The notes beneath the pieces are model-generated. The model saw only the letters and a list, made by a program, of their open reading frames with translations, ran no database searches and had not been told where the DNA came from. From Patescibacteria group bacterium (GTDB lineage Bacteria > Patescibacteriota > Minisyncoccia > Phycocordibacterales > UBA918), in the NCBI GenBank assembly GCA_019750255.1, contig JAIEOU010000003.1:19350-83349 (forward strand): a DNA stretch of 64,000 nt, written 5' to 3'. Made by a program: the position numbers and the translations under genes. Of the stretch, positions 26,958 through 35,819 are shown in pieces (the stretch's first letter is position 1; each line of letters starts with the position of its first letter).

Positions 26958-28754
26958 ATGGGTATTTTTGATATTTTAAAACCGTCACAGAAGAACGATA
27001 CCGTCACCGATTTGGCAGACCACCTCCTCACCATCACTGATGTGATTGCACCATCGGCGGTACAAATTGGACCTCGTAGCATCAGTATTGGTGGGGTAAA
27101 CGCGCGGGTTTTTTACGCCGTTGCCTACCCACGCTATCTGACCGACGGCTGGCTCCAGCCGGTGACAAACCTCGAGCGAGAACTCGATATATCTATTTTC
27201 ATTCACCCGGTCAACACGGCTGATATGTTGAAGAAGTTCCAGAAGAAAGTAGCCGAGGTACAGAGCCAGATTCACATGAAAGCCGACAAGGGTGAGGTGC
27301 GCGATCCTCAACTCGAAGCCGCCTACCAAAACCTTGAAGATTTGCGCGACAAGCTCCAGCAATCAGAAGAGCGCCTCTTTGATGTAGGCTTCTATATCAG
27401 TGTCTACGGCCAAGATGAAGCCGCGCTCAACAAGGCTGAAAATGAAATTAAAGGCCTTCTTGATTCTCGCCTTATATACATAAAGCCGGGTTACTTCCAG
27501 CAAGAGCCGGGAATGAAGAGTATTGTGCCGGTAGCACAAGACGAACTACTCGTTCATAGTAAATTTAACTCTTCACCGCTCTCTAGTTTTTTCCCGTTCA
27601 CGTCTTTCGATTTAACATCCGATAACGGCATCCTCTATGGCATCAATCGCCACAATTCCTCCTTGGTACTGTTTGACCGCTTTAGCCTTACAAACTACAA
27701 CTCGGTCACCTTTGCCACCTCTGGAGCAGGGAAGTCCTATGCACTGAAGCTGGAAATCTTACGATCGCTGATGTTCGGAACCGAAGTAATTGTGCTCGAC
27801 CCAGAACGCGAGTACGAATACCTGGCCGAAGCCACTGGTGGGCGCTTTTTCAACATCTCCCTTTCGTCTGACCACCACATCAATCCCTTTGACCTACCCG
27901 CCCCGCAAGAAGACGAAAACCCCCAAGACATCTTACGCAGTCACGTGGTTGAACTCATTGGTCTCTTTCGGTTGATGTTGGGCGGTCTCGCTCCTGAAGA
28001 AGAAACCATTATTGACCTCGCCATCCATGAAACCTACGCGCTTAAAGATATCTCTGGTGACACTGATTTTTCAAACCAAGAACCCCCACTTCTCTCTGAC
28101 TTTGAAATGGTACTTGCTGGCATGGACGGCAGCGCTTCCTTGATTACCCGCCTACAGAAGTACACATCGGGTACTTGGTCAGGCTTCATGAACAAAGCTA
28201 CCAATGTTGATATCAACCAGAAGTTTGTGGTGTTTTCACTACGTGATATGGAGGATGAACTCAAAACCATCGCGATGTACATTGTGACCAACTTCATTTG
28301 GAGTGCCGTTCGTCGCCGCCTGACCAAGCGCCTCCTTGTTATCGACGAGGCTTGGTGGATGATGAAGTCAGAAGATACGGCTTCATTCCTCTTTAGTCTA
28401 GCCAAACGAGGTCGTAAGTACTATTTGGGAATCGCGACAATTACCCAGGATGTCGATGACTTTCTTCGCTCTCCGTACGGAGTACCGATGATTACGAACT
28501 CTTCTATTCAGCTGCTCATGAAGCAATCACCAACAGCCATTGACAACATTCAGCGCACCTTCAATCTTACTGATGAAGAAAAGTTCTTACTTTTGGAGTC
28601 GGGGGTAGGGGAGGGAATATTCTTTGCCGGACTCAAGCACGTAGCCATAAAAATTATCGCCTCCTACACAGAAGATCAAATCATCACGTCTGACCCATCA
28701 CAATTACTACAAATTAAGCGTGCCCGTGCCGAGCTTCGTGCTGCTCGACCGTAG
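26958..28754 (+). CDS. VirB4/TrbE/CagE-family T4SS ATPase, C-terminal ATPase domain
   Basis: Walker A TFATSGAGKSYALK and Walker B LLVIDEAWWMM. C-terminal ITQDVDDF and other VirB4 motifs. 598 aa. Confidence 0.8.
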   Translation: MGIFDILKPSQKNDTVTDLADHLLTITDVIAPSAVQIGPRSISIGGVNARVFYAVAYPRYLTDGWLQPVTNLERELDISIFIHPVNTADMLKKFQKKVAEVQSQIHMKADKGEVRDPQLEAAYQNLEDLRDKLQQSEERLFDVGFYISVYGQDEAALNKAENEIKGLLDSRLIYIKPGYFQQEPGMKSIVPVAQDELLVHSKFNSSPLSSFFPFTSFDLTSDNGILYGINRHNSSLVLFDRFSLTNYNSVTFATSGAGKSYALKLEILRSLMFGTEVIVLDPEREYEYLAEATGGRFFNISLSSDHHINPFDLPAPQEDENPQDILRSHVVELIGLFRLMLGGLAPEEETIIDLAIHETYALKDISGDTDFSNQEPPLLSDFEMVLAGMDGSASLITRLQKYTSGTWSGFMNKATNVDINQKFVVFSLRDMEDELKTIAMYIVTNFIWSAVRRRLTKRLLVIDEAWWMMKSEDTASFLFSLAKRGRKYYLGIATITQDVDDFLRSPYGVPMITNSSIQLLMKQSPTAIDNIQRTFNLTDEEKFLLLESGVGEGIFFAGLKHVAIKIIASYTEDQIITSDPSQLLQIKRARAELRAARP

Positions 28755-28768
28755 TACAATAAGCGAAC

Positions 28769-29518
28769 ATGGCTGATCGCCGCCTGCAAGCCTCCCTAGA
28801 CCGCGCCCGCACTGGTCGACAGACCACAGACGAGCTTTTTAATGATGAATATGCTCGATCTGGTCTACAACCAACCAATGTGGTCGTCGATCGTAGATCG
28901 CCCCGCGCTCCTAATCGAACAGAGTCAGAAAAGTTAGACGAGGAGAAGGCTCTACAGGAGATGGCGGCGTTCGAACGAGCAGAGAAGACTCAACAATTGC
29001 GCCAACGATTTACTCAGCAGCCAACACAAACCAACGTCGGCCAGGCAGAGGAGGCAATCGACACCGCCGTAGCGTTACGTAGCCGAAGTGTTTTTGTATG
29101 GATGATGGGTTGGCACTGGTGGCAGTGGACCACCCTTCAATTATCAATCGGACTACTTTCGATTATGTTTCTCGGATTAGCGTACGGTCTTGAGAGTAGC
29201 TGGCTCGGAAGGGTCGTGGGTCGAGTGGCTGGTGCAGTTAATGCTGTCACTTCGTTTGTCGGGTTTGATTTTTCCCTGTTTAGCCCCGAAAATATGTTCT
29301 GGGTGCTCTATATATTCCTTCTGGGCATGATGTGGCTCAGTCTGTTCGCTACAGTAGTTACTTATATGTGTGTCCAGCATCGAGCCTTATCGGGGAAGAG
29401 AACTGGTCTAAAGTATGGCACGGTAGCCCTCGCGCTTATCGGGTACGCAGTACCAATTGCTAACTTATTTCCCTGGGTTGTGTTCTATATTTTGGTCATG
29501 ACTCGCTACCCACGGTAG
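28769..29518 (+). CDS. Hypothetical membrane protein (basic cytoplasmic N-terminus, about 4 TM)
   Basis: Hydrophobic helices from about aa 110 onward. Lies in the operon. Confidence 0.4.
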   Translation: MADRRLQASLDRARTGRQTTDELFNDEYARSGLQPTNVVVDRRSPRAPNRTESEKLDEEKALQEMAAFERAEKTQQLRQRFTQQPTQTNVGQAEEAIDTAVALRSRSVFVWMMGWHWWQWTTLQLSIGLLSIMFLGLAYGLESSWLGRVVGRVAGAVNAVTSFVGFDFSLFSPENMFWVLYIFLLGMMWLSLFATVVTYMCVQHRALSGKRTGLKYGTVALALIGYAVPIANLFPWVVFYILVMTRYPR

Positions 29519-29583
29519 CTGCCTCTGGTATTCGCAGCCCTCTGCCGTGTTCAAAAATAACATTTCTGAGCGGTCGTACTGGT

Positions 29584-30552
29584 ATGATTGATGGTATGAA
29601 GATTGTTGCTTTGGTTTTATTTTTCTTAAGTTTTTTCACCGCCCCGGTGGCATATGCTCAAGTTTCTGCAACCCCTTTCCTTAACCAGCTACAAATTGTT
29701 ACCGACCCACTATATCCCTCTCCACAGAGTGAGATAGGGGTAAATCTCAATGACTACGGATTAGCTGGCGCCGGCGGGACTATTGAATGGGTGGTCGACG
29801 GGGTTCGTCGTAGTGATTTGCACAATAAAAGATCTTTTACGATAACAACTGGCGCTACAGGCGTGCCGATGGTACTTGAAGCCATGATTACCCCCGCAAA
29901 CGGACCGCGCATGACCGCTCGCAACACTATTTCTCCGACCTATCTTGATCTAATTATCGAAGCCCAGACTCGTGTGCCGGGTTTTTATCTCGGTCGGGCT
30001 CTCCCTAGTATCGGTAGCGCCGTTAATGTGACCGCCCTCATAAATGGTACAGCTGTTTCACCGCGCGATTTACTATTTAGATGGCAAATGAACGAAACCG
30101 CCCTCCTCGGTGGACCTGTACAAGGACAGAACCAAGTTACCTTTACCATGCCACAAGGGGGAGCTACTCTAGGAGTCGTAGTAGAGAGGGTAGGTGGTGG
30201 TGTGATTGCGAGCAAAAATATATTTCTCCAGAATGCAGAACAGACGGTTCGTTTTTATGAGGTAAATAGTCTCTACGGGATGGCTAAGCGGTCGGCAGAG
30301 CGCCTATCTCTCATTGGTAACAGCACTACCGTAAGGGCGGAGCCGTTTCATCTCGATATCCGTACCTACAACAACCCCGACATCGCCACCTGGTCAAGCT
30401 CCGCAATTACTCTTTCTCAAGGCACAAACCCATATGAAGCGACCATCGTCCGGCAAGCTGGTTTAACTGGAGTTGGGGCGGTCGGTTTCCATGTACGCAA
30501 CGAAAATCAAATCCTACAAGGTAGCCAAGCAAGCCTCCAGGTGAGCTACTAA
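29584..30552 (+). CDS. Hypothetical secreted protein
   Basis: Signal peptide MIDGMKIVALVLFFLSFFTAPVAYAQ. Confidence 0.4.
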   Translation: MIDGMKIVALVLFFLSFFTAPVAYAQVSATPFLNQLQIVTDPLYPSPQSEIGVNLNDYGLAGAGGTIEWVVDGVRRSDLHNKRSFTITTGATGVPMVLEAMITPANGPRMTARNTISPTYLDLIIEAQTRVPGFYLGRALPSIGSAVNVTALINGTAVSPRDLLFRWQMNETALLGGPVQGQNQVTFTMPQGGATLGVVVERVGGGVIASKNIFLQNAEQTVRFYEVNSLYGMAKRSAERLSLIGNSTTVRAEPFHLDIRTYNNPDIATWSSSAITLSQGTNPYEATIVRQAGLTGVGAVGFHVRNENQILQGSQASLQVSY

Positions 30553-30556
30553 ACTT

Positions 30557-31753
30557 ATGAAAAAAACTTTTATTATCGCTGGCGCTGTCATTCTCGTACT
30601 CATGCTCGCGGGACTATGGATCTACATGATGTTTTTTGGTACACCACGGACGGTTGAGGAAGTTCTTCCCGACTTCGCGCTCTGGGGGGAGGATGGGATG
30701 CCGGTACAAATACCGGTGATAGCCCCCACCACTACCGCTCCTCTACCGATGGTAAATGTCAATGAAAAAGCTTTACGCCAACTGACGACACGGCCAGTGG
30801 CCGGCTACCGCGAAGTACTGAAGAGCGCTTCGTCCACTCCCGAGCTCTACTACGCTGAGGTGGGTACCGGTCACATCTACAGCATCAACCTCGAGACCGG
30901 TGCCGAGGTGCGCGTATCTGGCACCACCATTCCTGAGGCGGTACGCGCGGATTTTAGCAGTGACGGACGACATGTTGTGATTGCTTCTGGGTTTAGCCAG
31001 GGACACACCGCCACTATCGGGGAATTAGACGCAAGCACGGGAGCGCTTACTGAAGTACCGTTTACCGACACCTTAGGGGACTTCAGGATTACTGAGGGCG
31101 GGGACTTACTGTACACTCACCCCTCTAACACCCTGACAGGTAAAACATTCTCTCTTTCTAACCGAACCACCCGTACACTATTTACTCTACCGTTCCGTGA
31201 CGCCACCATATCTTGGGGCGAACGCGTTACCGACACCCATTTTGTTTACCCTCGTCCCACGATGGAACTAGAAGGGTTTGGCTATGCCATAAACAATGGC
31301 GGACTGACACGCCTGCCATTGTCTGGTTTTGGTTTTTCACTGTTCGGCAATGAGAGCTTGGTTGGTGCGAACTTTCTTGATAAGAACGATTTCGTATCTG
31401 TGTTCTATAACCGCTCGACCCGGAACCTTATTTCATCACCGGTCCGTCTCCTGCCAGAAAAGTGCACATTTGGAACTAAAAATAAAACCATAGTATGGTG
31501 TGGTGCTAGTTTACAAGCCACCGGCTTCGGCTTCCCTGACACCTGGTATACCGGGGAAGTGGGCTTCAGTGATGACATTTATGAAATTTCGCTTACATCG
31601 ACATCTAGTTCGCTGACACTAATTACAGATACTTTAATTGAAACCGGACGTGAAGTAGATATTGTTGACCTTCGCGTAAATCCGACTGAAACGCAACTGT
31701 ACTTTATTAACAAAAACGATTCATCACTCTGGGCCTATGATCTCTCGCGCTAG
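30557..31753 (+). CDS. Hypothetical bitopic membrane protein with beta-rich extracytoplasmic domain
   Basis: N-terminal TM helix IIAGAVILVLMLAGLWIYMMFF, followed by repeated beta-strand-like segments. Confidence 0.4.
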   Translation: MKKTFIIAGAVILVLMLAGLWIYMMFFGTPRTVEEVLPDFALWGEDGMPVQIPVIAPTTTAPLPMVNVNEKALRQLTTRPVAGYREVLKSASSTPELYYAEVGTGHIYSINLETGAEVRVSGTTIPEAVRADFSSDGRHVVIASGFSQGHTATIGELDASTGALTEVPFTDTLGDFRITEGGDLLYTHPSNTLTGKTFSLSNRTTRTLFTLPFRDATISWGERVTDTHFVYPRPTMELEGFGYAINNGGLTRLPLSGFGFSLFGNESLVGANFLDKNDFVSVFYNRSTRNLISSPVRLLPEKCTFGTKNKTIVWCGASLQATGFGFPDTWYTGEVGFSDDIYEISLTSTSSSLTLITDTLIETGREVDIVDLRVNPTETQLYFINKNDSSLWAYDLSR

Positions 31754-32486
31754 TTTCTTCTTAATTCCTTCTGCGCTTTTTATTGTCTTGTTGGTGACTC
31801 CTTTTTTGGGACTTGCTCAGTCCTTGACGTATCAGCCACTAGTGGGGATTCCCGGCATTAACAACACGGCCACTGACTTTAATCTTTATATAAATCAACT
31901 CTACTTCCTATCTATCAGCCTAGCCGCGCTTTTAGCGGTAATTAAAATTATTATTGGCGGAGTAAAGTGGATGCTATCCGACGGCCCTTCGGGTAAGTCT
32001 GGCGCAAAGGATGATATTCGTAGCGCTCTCCTTGGATTACTCCTCATTGTGTCGGCTGTTCTTATCCTTGGAACGATTAACCCCCAACTGCGTGACCTCA
32101 ACGTACTTGGTGGGGCACCAGCACTAAATCCGCTACCAAGCGCTGGGTCGCGATCAGTAGCCAATCCTACAAATCAGGCAGTTACTACTGAGCAGCAGAA
32201 TCTTTCTCAGAGTCCTGATAATCAGCAAGCGGTGGAGCAGGCCCTTGGTGTTAATCGCAATCAAGTTCAAACCGGAACCGATCGGGCTGGCTCTAACACT
32301 TTTTCTTACATAGTCGCAGATGCACCTCGAGAGGTAAAGAATGGTTTCATAAATGCCTGCATGAATGTGACGCAGGGCGGTGTAGGTACGACCAACACCA
32401 TCCGCACCGAATCGTTTAACGGGTTACAAATAATGTCTTGCTATCGCCAGGGCCCAAACAATACCCAATATCGAATCCAACTATAG
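31737..32486 (+). CDS. Pilin-like (VirB2/TrbC-like) protein with Gln-rich C-terminal extension
   Basis: Signal peptide, then two hydrophobic helices separated by a short loop (LYFLSISLAALLAVIKIIIGGVKW...ALLGLLLIVSAVLILGTI). Overlaps the upstream gene by 17 nt. Confidence 0.35.
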   Translation: MISRASFFLIPSALFIVLLVTPFLGLAQSLTYQPLVGIPGINNTATDFNLYINQLYFLSISLAALLAVIKIIIGGVKWMLSDGPSGKSGAKDDIRSALLGLLLIVSAVLILGTINPQLRDLNVLGGAPALNPLPSAGSRSVANPTNQAVTTEQQNLSQSPDNQQAVEQALGVNRNQVQTGTDRAGSNTFSYIVADAPREVKNGFINACMNVTQGGVGTTNTIRTESFNGLQIMSCYRQGPNNTQYRIQL

Positions 32487-32541
32487 CGTCTGCCAGCAGG
32501 TCTCTTCTACTCCTCTTTTTTCCTTTCTCAAACTTAAAGTG

Positions 32542-33270
32542 CTACCGGTGTTTCTTTACAACCAGCTCTTGGAGGACTGCCACCACGTTACTGACTACAA
32601 AGTAGAGAGCAATGGCGGCTGAGGTGGTGTAGCCCACGAAGAATATGAGCGGGGGGAGAATATACTTCATCTGCACCTGCATCATGCGCGCAATATCGTC
32701 CTTCATATCGGGGGTTTGACCAGGTTCTAGCGGGGGGAGGGGAGGCATAGCAAGTTTGACTTGAAAATACTGCGTTATGCCGGCCATAAGCGCGAGGATG
32801 AAACTGGCTTTTGTAATGTCTAAAATTCCGAGGAAATTCATGTTTACGATGTCTGGCACCGGAATAAATCCGTAAAGAAGAGCCGTATTGATCGTAGGCA
32901 GAGCCACACCGCCGCCACTATAAACTGAAAAGTAGAGTGCAATGAGAATTGGAATCTGGAGTAACATCACTGCGATGCCAGCAAACGGGTTCAGGCCAGC
33001 GTCTTTGTAGATAGCCATCATTGCCCGGGCCTGCTCTTCACGTTTATCTTTATACTCTTCTTTAAGCGCGTTGAGCTTTGGGGTAATCTCCCGCATGATG
33101 CGTTGAGTTTTAACCGCCTTTATAGAAAGTGGTAAAAGAATCGTCTTTACCACAATCACAAGCGCAATAATAGCCAAACCCACGTCACCACGGGGAAGAA
33201 TGTCAATAAATAAAACCAGTCCGTTATAGACCGGGTCAAAGAAAATCGTGTGCCAAATATAACTAAACAT
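32542..33270 (-). CDS. yidC: Membrane protein insertase YidC (short monoderm form)
   Basis: 242 aa with about 5 TM helices and a conserved YidC/Oxa1 core. Lies in the rpmH-rnpA-yidC arrangement. Confidence 0.85.
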   Translation of the reverse strand: MFSYIWHTIFFDPVYNGLVLFIDILPRGDVGLAIIALVIVVKTILLPLSIKAVKTQRIMREITPKLNALKEEYKDKREEQARAMMAIYKDAGLNPFAGIAVMLLQIPILIALYFSVYSGGGVALPTINTALLYGFIPVPDIVNMNFLGILDITKASFILALMAGITQYFQVKLAMPPLPPLEPGQTPDMKDDIARMMQVQMKYILPPLIFFVGYTTSAAIALYFVVSNVVAVLQELVVKKHR

Positions 33271-33284
33271 AAATATCGCCTATT

Positions 33285-33617
33285 CTACCGCTCTTTCAGG
33301 TAGCGTGAAAGGACCACATCGACGCTCGCATGCTGTTCAAGACGGGGAATACGCGCGAGTGGGGGCTTGGCTACCAAAATAACGACCCCTACGAGCCCCC
33401 GCTCCTTACCGAGACGCTCAAGGGCGGCGTAGAGTCGGCGCCGAATAGTGTTGCGTTCATGGGCTTTTTTGGCCACCTTTTTACTTACCACCACCGCACC
33501 CCGCAACCGGGCATGGGGAGTATACACAGCAGTCAACACGTCCGAGTGTTGTCGAGAGCCGCTTTTGAAATACTCGGAAAATTCAGGCCGGGAAAGGCGG
33601 TCTTGTTTAGACAACAT
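33285..33617 (-). CDS. rnpA: Ribonuclease P protein component
   Basis: 110 aa basic protein (SKKVAKKAHERNTIRRRL). Located between rpmH and yidC. Confidence 0.8.
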   Translation of the reverse strand: MLSKQDRLSRPEFSEYFKSGSRQHSDVLTAVYTPHARLRGAVVVSKKVAKKAHERNTIRRRLYAALERLGKERGLVGVVILVAKPPLARIPRLEQHASVDVVLSRYLKER

Positions 33618-33737
33618 AGGTCGAGGTCAGTATACAAGGATATATAATGAATACATAGTGCGAATGTATTTTCTTTGTATATCTGGTCGTAGCCGCAGGC
33701 TACAAAAAAGGCCCCTAAGGGCCCTTTTTGTTCTTCA

Positions 33738-33899
33738 TTATAACTTCGACTTCACCTTAGACTTCACGGTAAGCTGAGCGCGACCCTTGCGGCGACGGGC
33801 CTTAATGACCTTACTGCCGGCAGTGGTAGCACTACGCACGAGAAAACCGTGGGTGGTGGCGCGCTTTTGCTTCTTTGGTTGATAGGTTCGCTTTGACAT
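33738..33899 (-). CDS. rpmH: 50S ribosomal protein L34
   Basis: Manual translation of the minus strand gives [53 protein letters not shown]. This gene is absent from the ORF track, which reports a wrong-frame ORF 33764..33958. Confidence 0.8.
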   Translation of the reverse strand: MSKRTYQPKKQKRATTHGFLVRSATTAGSKVIKARRRKGRAQLTVKSKVKSKL

Positions 33900-34139
33900 A
33901 CTAGGCTGTGATTAGGTCGCACCACTATACATGAATATAAGAATAATTCAAATACCACCTATGTGGCCGCCCCGAAAGCGCGGTGGTGGGGGAGGTGACG
34001 TTTTCTGTTATACACAACTTATACACAGTTGCGAATTAATACAAAAAAACAGAGTCGCCGCATTTTATAAAATAACAATAAGTTTACAGTTACCCTCGGG
34101 AGCGTATAATGCTCTGTACTTGCCTTTACTTGTGCGTCT
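33900..34139. promoter_or_regulatory. Candidate oriC segment and dnaA promoter region
   Basis: Two tandem TTATACACA sequences at about 33996-34018 (1 mismatch to the DnaA box TTATCCACA) and a TATAAT box at about 34108. Bounded by rpmH and dnaA. Confidence 0.4.
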
Positions 34140-35525
34140 ATGAATCCACTTTCACATCCTTCACCAACCAACAGTATTGTTCGCACTGAACATATTGATG
34201 TGAAGAAATTGTGGGATGACGCCCTCGTCAAAATTGAACTGTCGATTACACCCGCAAATTTTAAAACCTGGTTTCGGGATACCCACATTGTCACGATCGA
34301 AGACAGCACCGTTACCCTCGGTGTTCCGAGCGTGTTTGTACGCGACTGGTTGTCGGATAAATTCCAGTCAATGATCCTCAAAACACTCCGAGACCTTTCA
34401 CCTTTTGTGCGGAGTGTAGAGTATGCCGTCGTTCAGCGTAGCGAACGCAAAAACGAAGGTTCAAAAACCCAAACCGTTAATGCCGCCCTCCCACTTGAGG
34501 ATTACTACATAAACAAAAGCGACAATTTAAACCCCCGGTACTCATTTGATACCTTTGTCGTTGGGCCATACAACGCTCTGGCACATGCTGCGGCAAAAAC
34601 CGTGGCCGACCGGCCTGGTATCGCCTATAATCCACTCTTCATATATGGTAAGACTGGTCACGGTAAGACTCATCTCATCCAAGCGGTGGGGAACCATATC
34701 AAAAAGACCGGAAAGAAAGTATTTTATGTGACAAGTGAACGCTTTGCGGTTGATTACTTTAACTCTCTTCAAAGCGGTTCCGCCAATAGCTTTAAGGATA
34801 AATACCGTCAATATGACGTTCTTATCATGGACGATGTGCAGTTCTTAGCAACTAAGGAAAAGACTCAGGAGGAGCTCTTCCATCTTTTTAACACCCTCCA
34901 CGACACCAATAAGCAAATTGTCTTCTCGAGCGATCAGCACCCAGCCCTACTCTCCGGTCTAGAAGAGCGGCTTAAGTCACGCTTTGTGCAGGGAATGATT
35001 GTTGATATTCCCACACCCGACCCGGAGTCACGCGTGGCTATTTTGCGCGCCAAGGCTGCTCAGAACAGCATTACTCTGTCTGATGACGTAGTTGAACACC
35101 TTGCTCACACTATTGAAGGCAATATTCGCGAACTTGAAGGGGCCTTAAATACGATTATGTGTCAGTCACAGCTCCTGGGGCGCATGGTATCGCTCGACGA
35201 GGTGAAGGCCATCATCAAGAACAATTCACGCCCACGCAAAACCCTAGCTATCACTGATGTGGTTGATAAAGTAGCTCGTTACTTTGATATTGATCAGGCC
35301 AGCATCTACGAAAAAACGCGTCGAAAGGAGGTGGTTCGGCCGCGCCAAATTATTATGTACATTTTGCGTGAAGATTTTCAGGTGTCATATCCCGCAATTG
35401 GGAAGAAACTAGGCGGTCGCGACCACACGACGGTAATCCACTCTTGCGAGAAGATAAAGGGGGAACTAAAAGAGAACCCTGACCTCGAAGAGGAAATATC
35501 CCAGATTCGATTACTTTTAAAATAA
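34140..35525 (+). CDS. dnaA: Chromosomal replication initiator protein DnaA
   Basis: AAA+ Walker A GKTGHGKTHL, DnaA box-binding C-terminal domain. 461 aa. Confidence 0.95.
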   Translation: MNPLSHPSPTNSIVRTEHIDVKKLWDDALVKIELSITPANFKTWFRDTHIVTIEDSTVTLGVPSVFVRDWLSDKFQSMILKTLRDLSPFVRSVEYAVVQRSERKNEGSKTQTVNAALPLEDYYINKSDNLNPRYSFDTFVVGPYNALAHAAAKTVADRPGIAYNPLFIYGKTGHGKTHLIQAVGNHIKKTGKKVFYVTSERFAVDYFNSLQSGSANSFKDKYRQYDVLIMDDVQFLATKEKTQEELFHLFNTLHDTNKQIVFSSDQHPALLSGLEERLKSRFVQGMIVDIPTPDPESRVAILRAKAAQNSITLSDDVVEHLAHTIEGNIRELEGALNTIMCQSQLLGRMVSLDEVKAIIKNNSRPRKTLAITDVVDKVARYFDIDQASIYEKTRRKEVVRPRQIIMYILREDFQVSYPAIGKKLGGRDHTTVIHSCEKIKGELKENPDLEEEISQIRLLLK

Positions 35526-35819
35526 CGCTTCCTTCTGGTAGCGTTATTTTATACCCAAACCCTGGGGATAAACGCCACATAAATCCTTTAATAGCTCTGT
35601 AGAAGTCTCCTAATTACTCAAAAAAATGCCTCTCTTCTGCCTTAGTTTTCCCCAGACGATAGCCAACAAAATATTTCTCCCCAGACACAAAAACACAATC
35701 ACCAGCTCCACCAACACTATACACAAGAATGCTCACTCATTTGCGCCTTAAAGTACAACATATAATCGAGATATGCACACTTCCACAGCCCTAATAATAG
35801 AGAGTAAAATACTTTTAAA
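35526..35819. promoter_or_regulatory. AT-rich dnaA-dnaN intergenic region with DnaA-box-like motifs (candidate DUE/oriC part)
   Basis: ctggggataaac and ctatacacaag approximate DnaA boxes. The region is low-GC. Confidence 0.3.

Noticed and set aside
33764-33958. ORF-track 64-aa ORF on the minus strand
   Set aside because: It is in the wrong frame. The true gene here is rpmH (L34) at 33738..33899 in another frame, recovered by manual translation.
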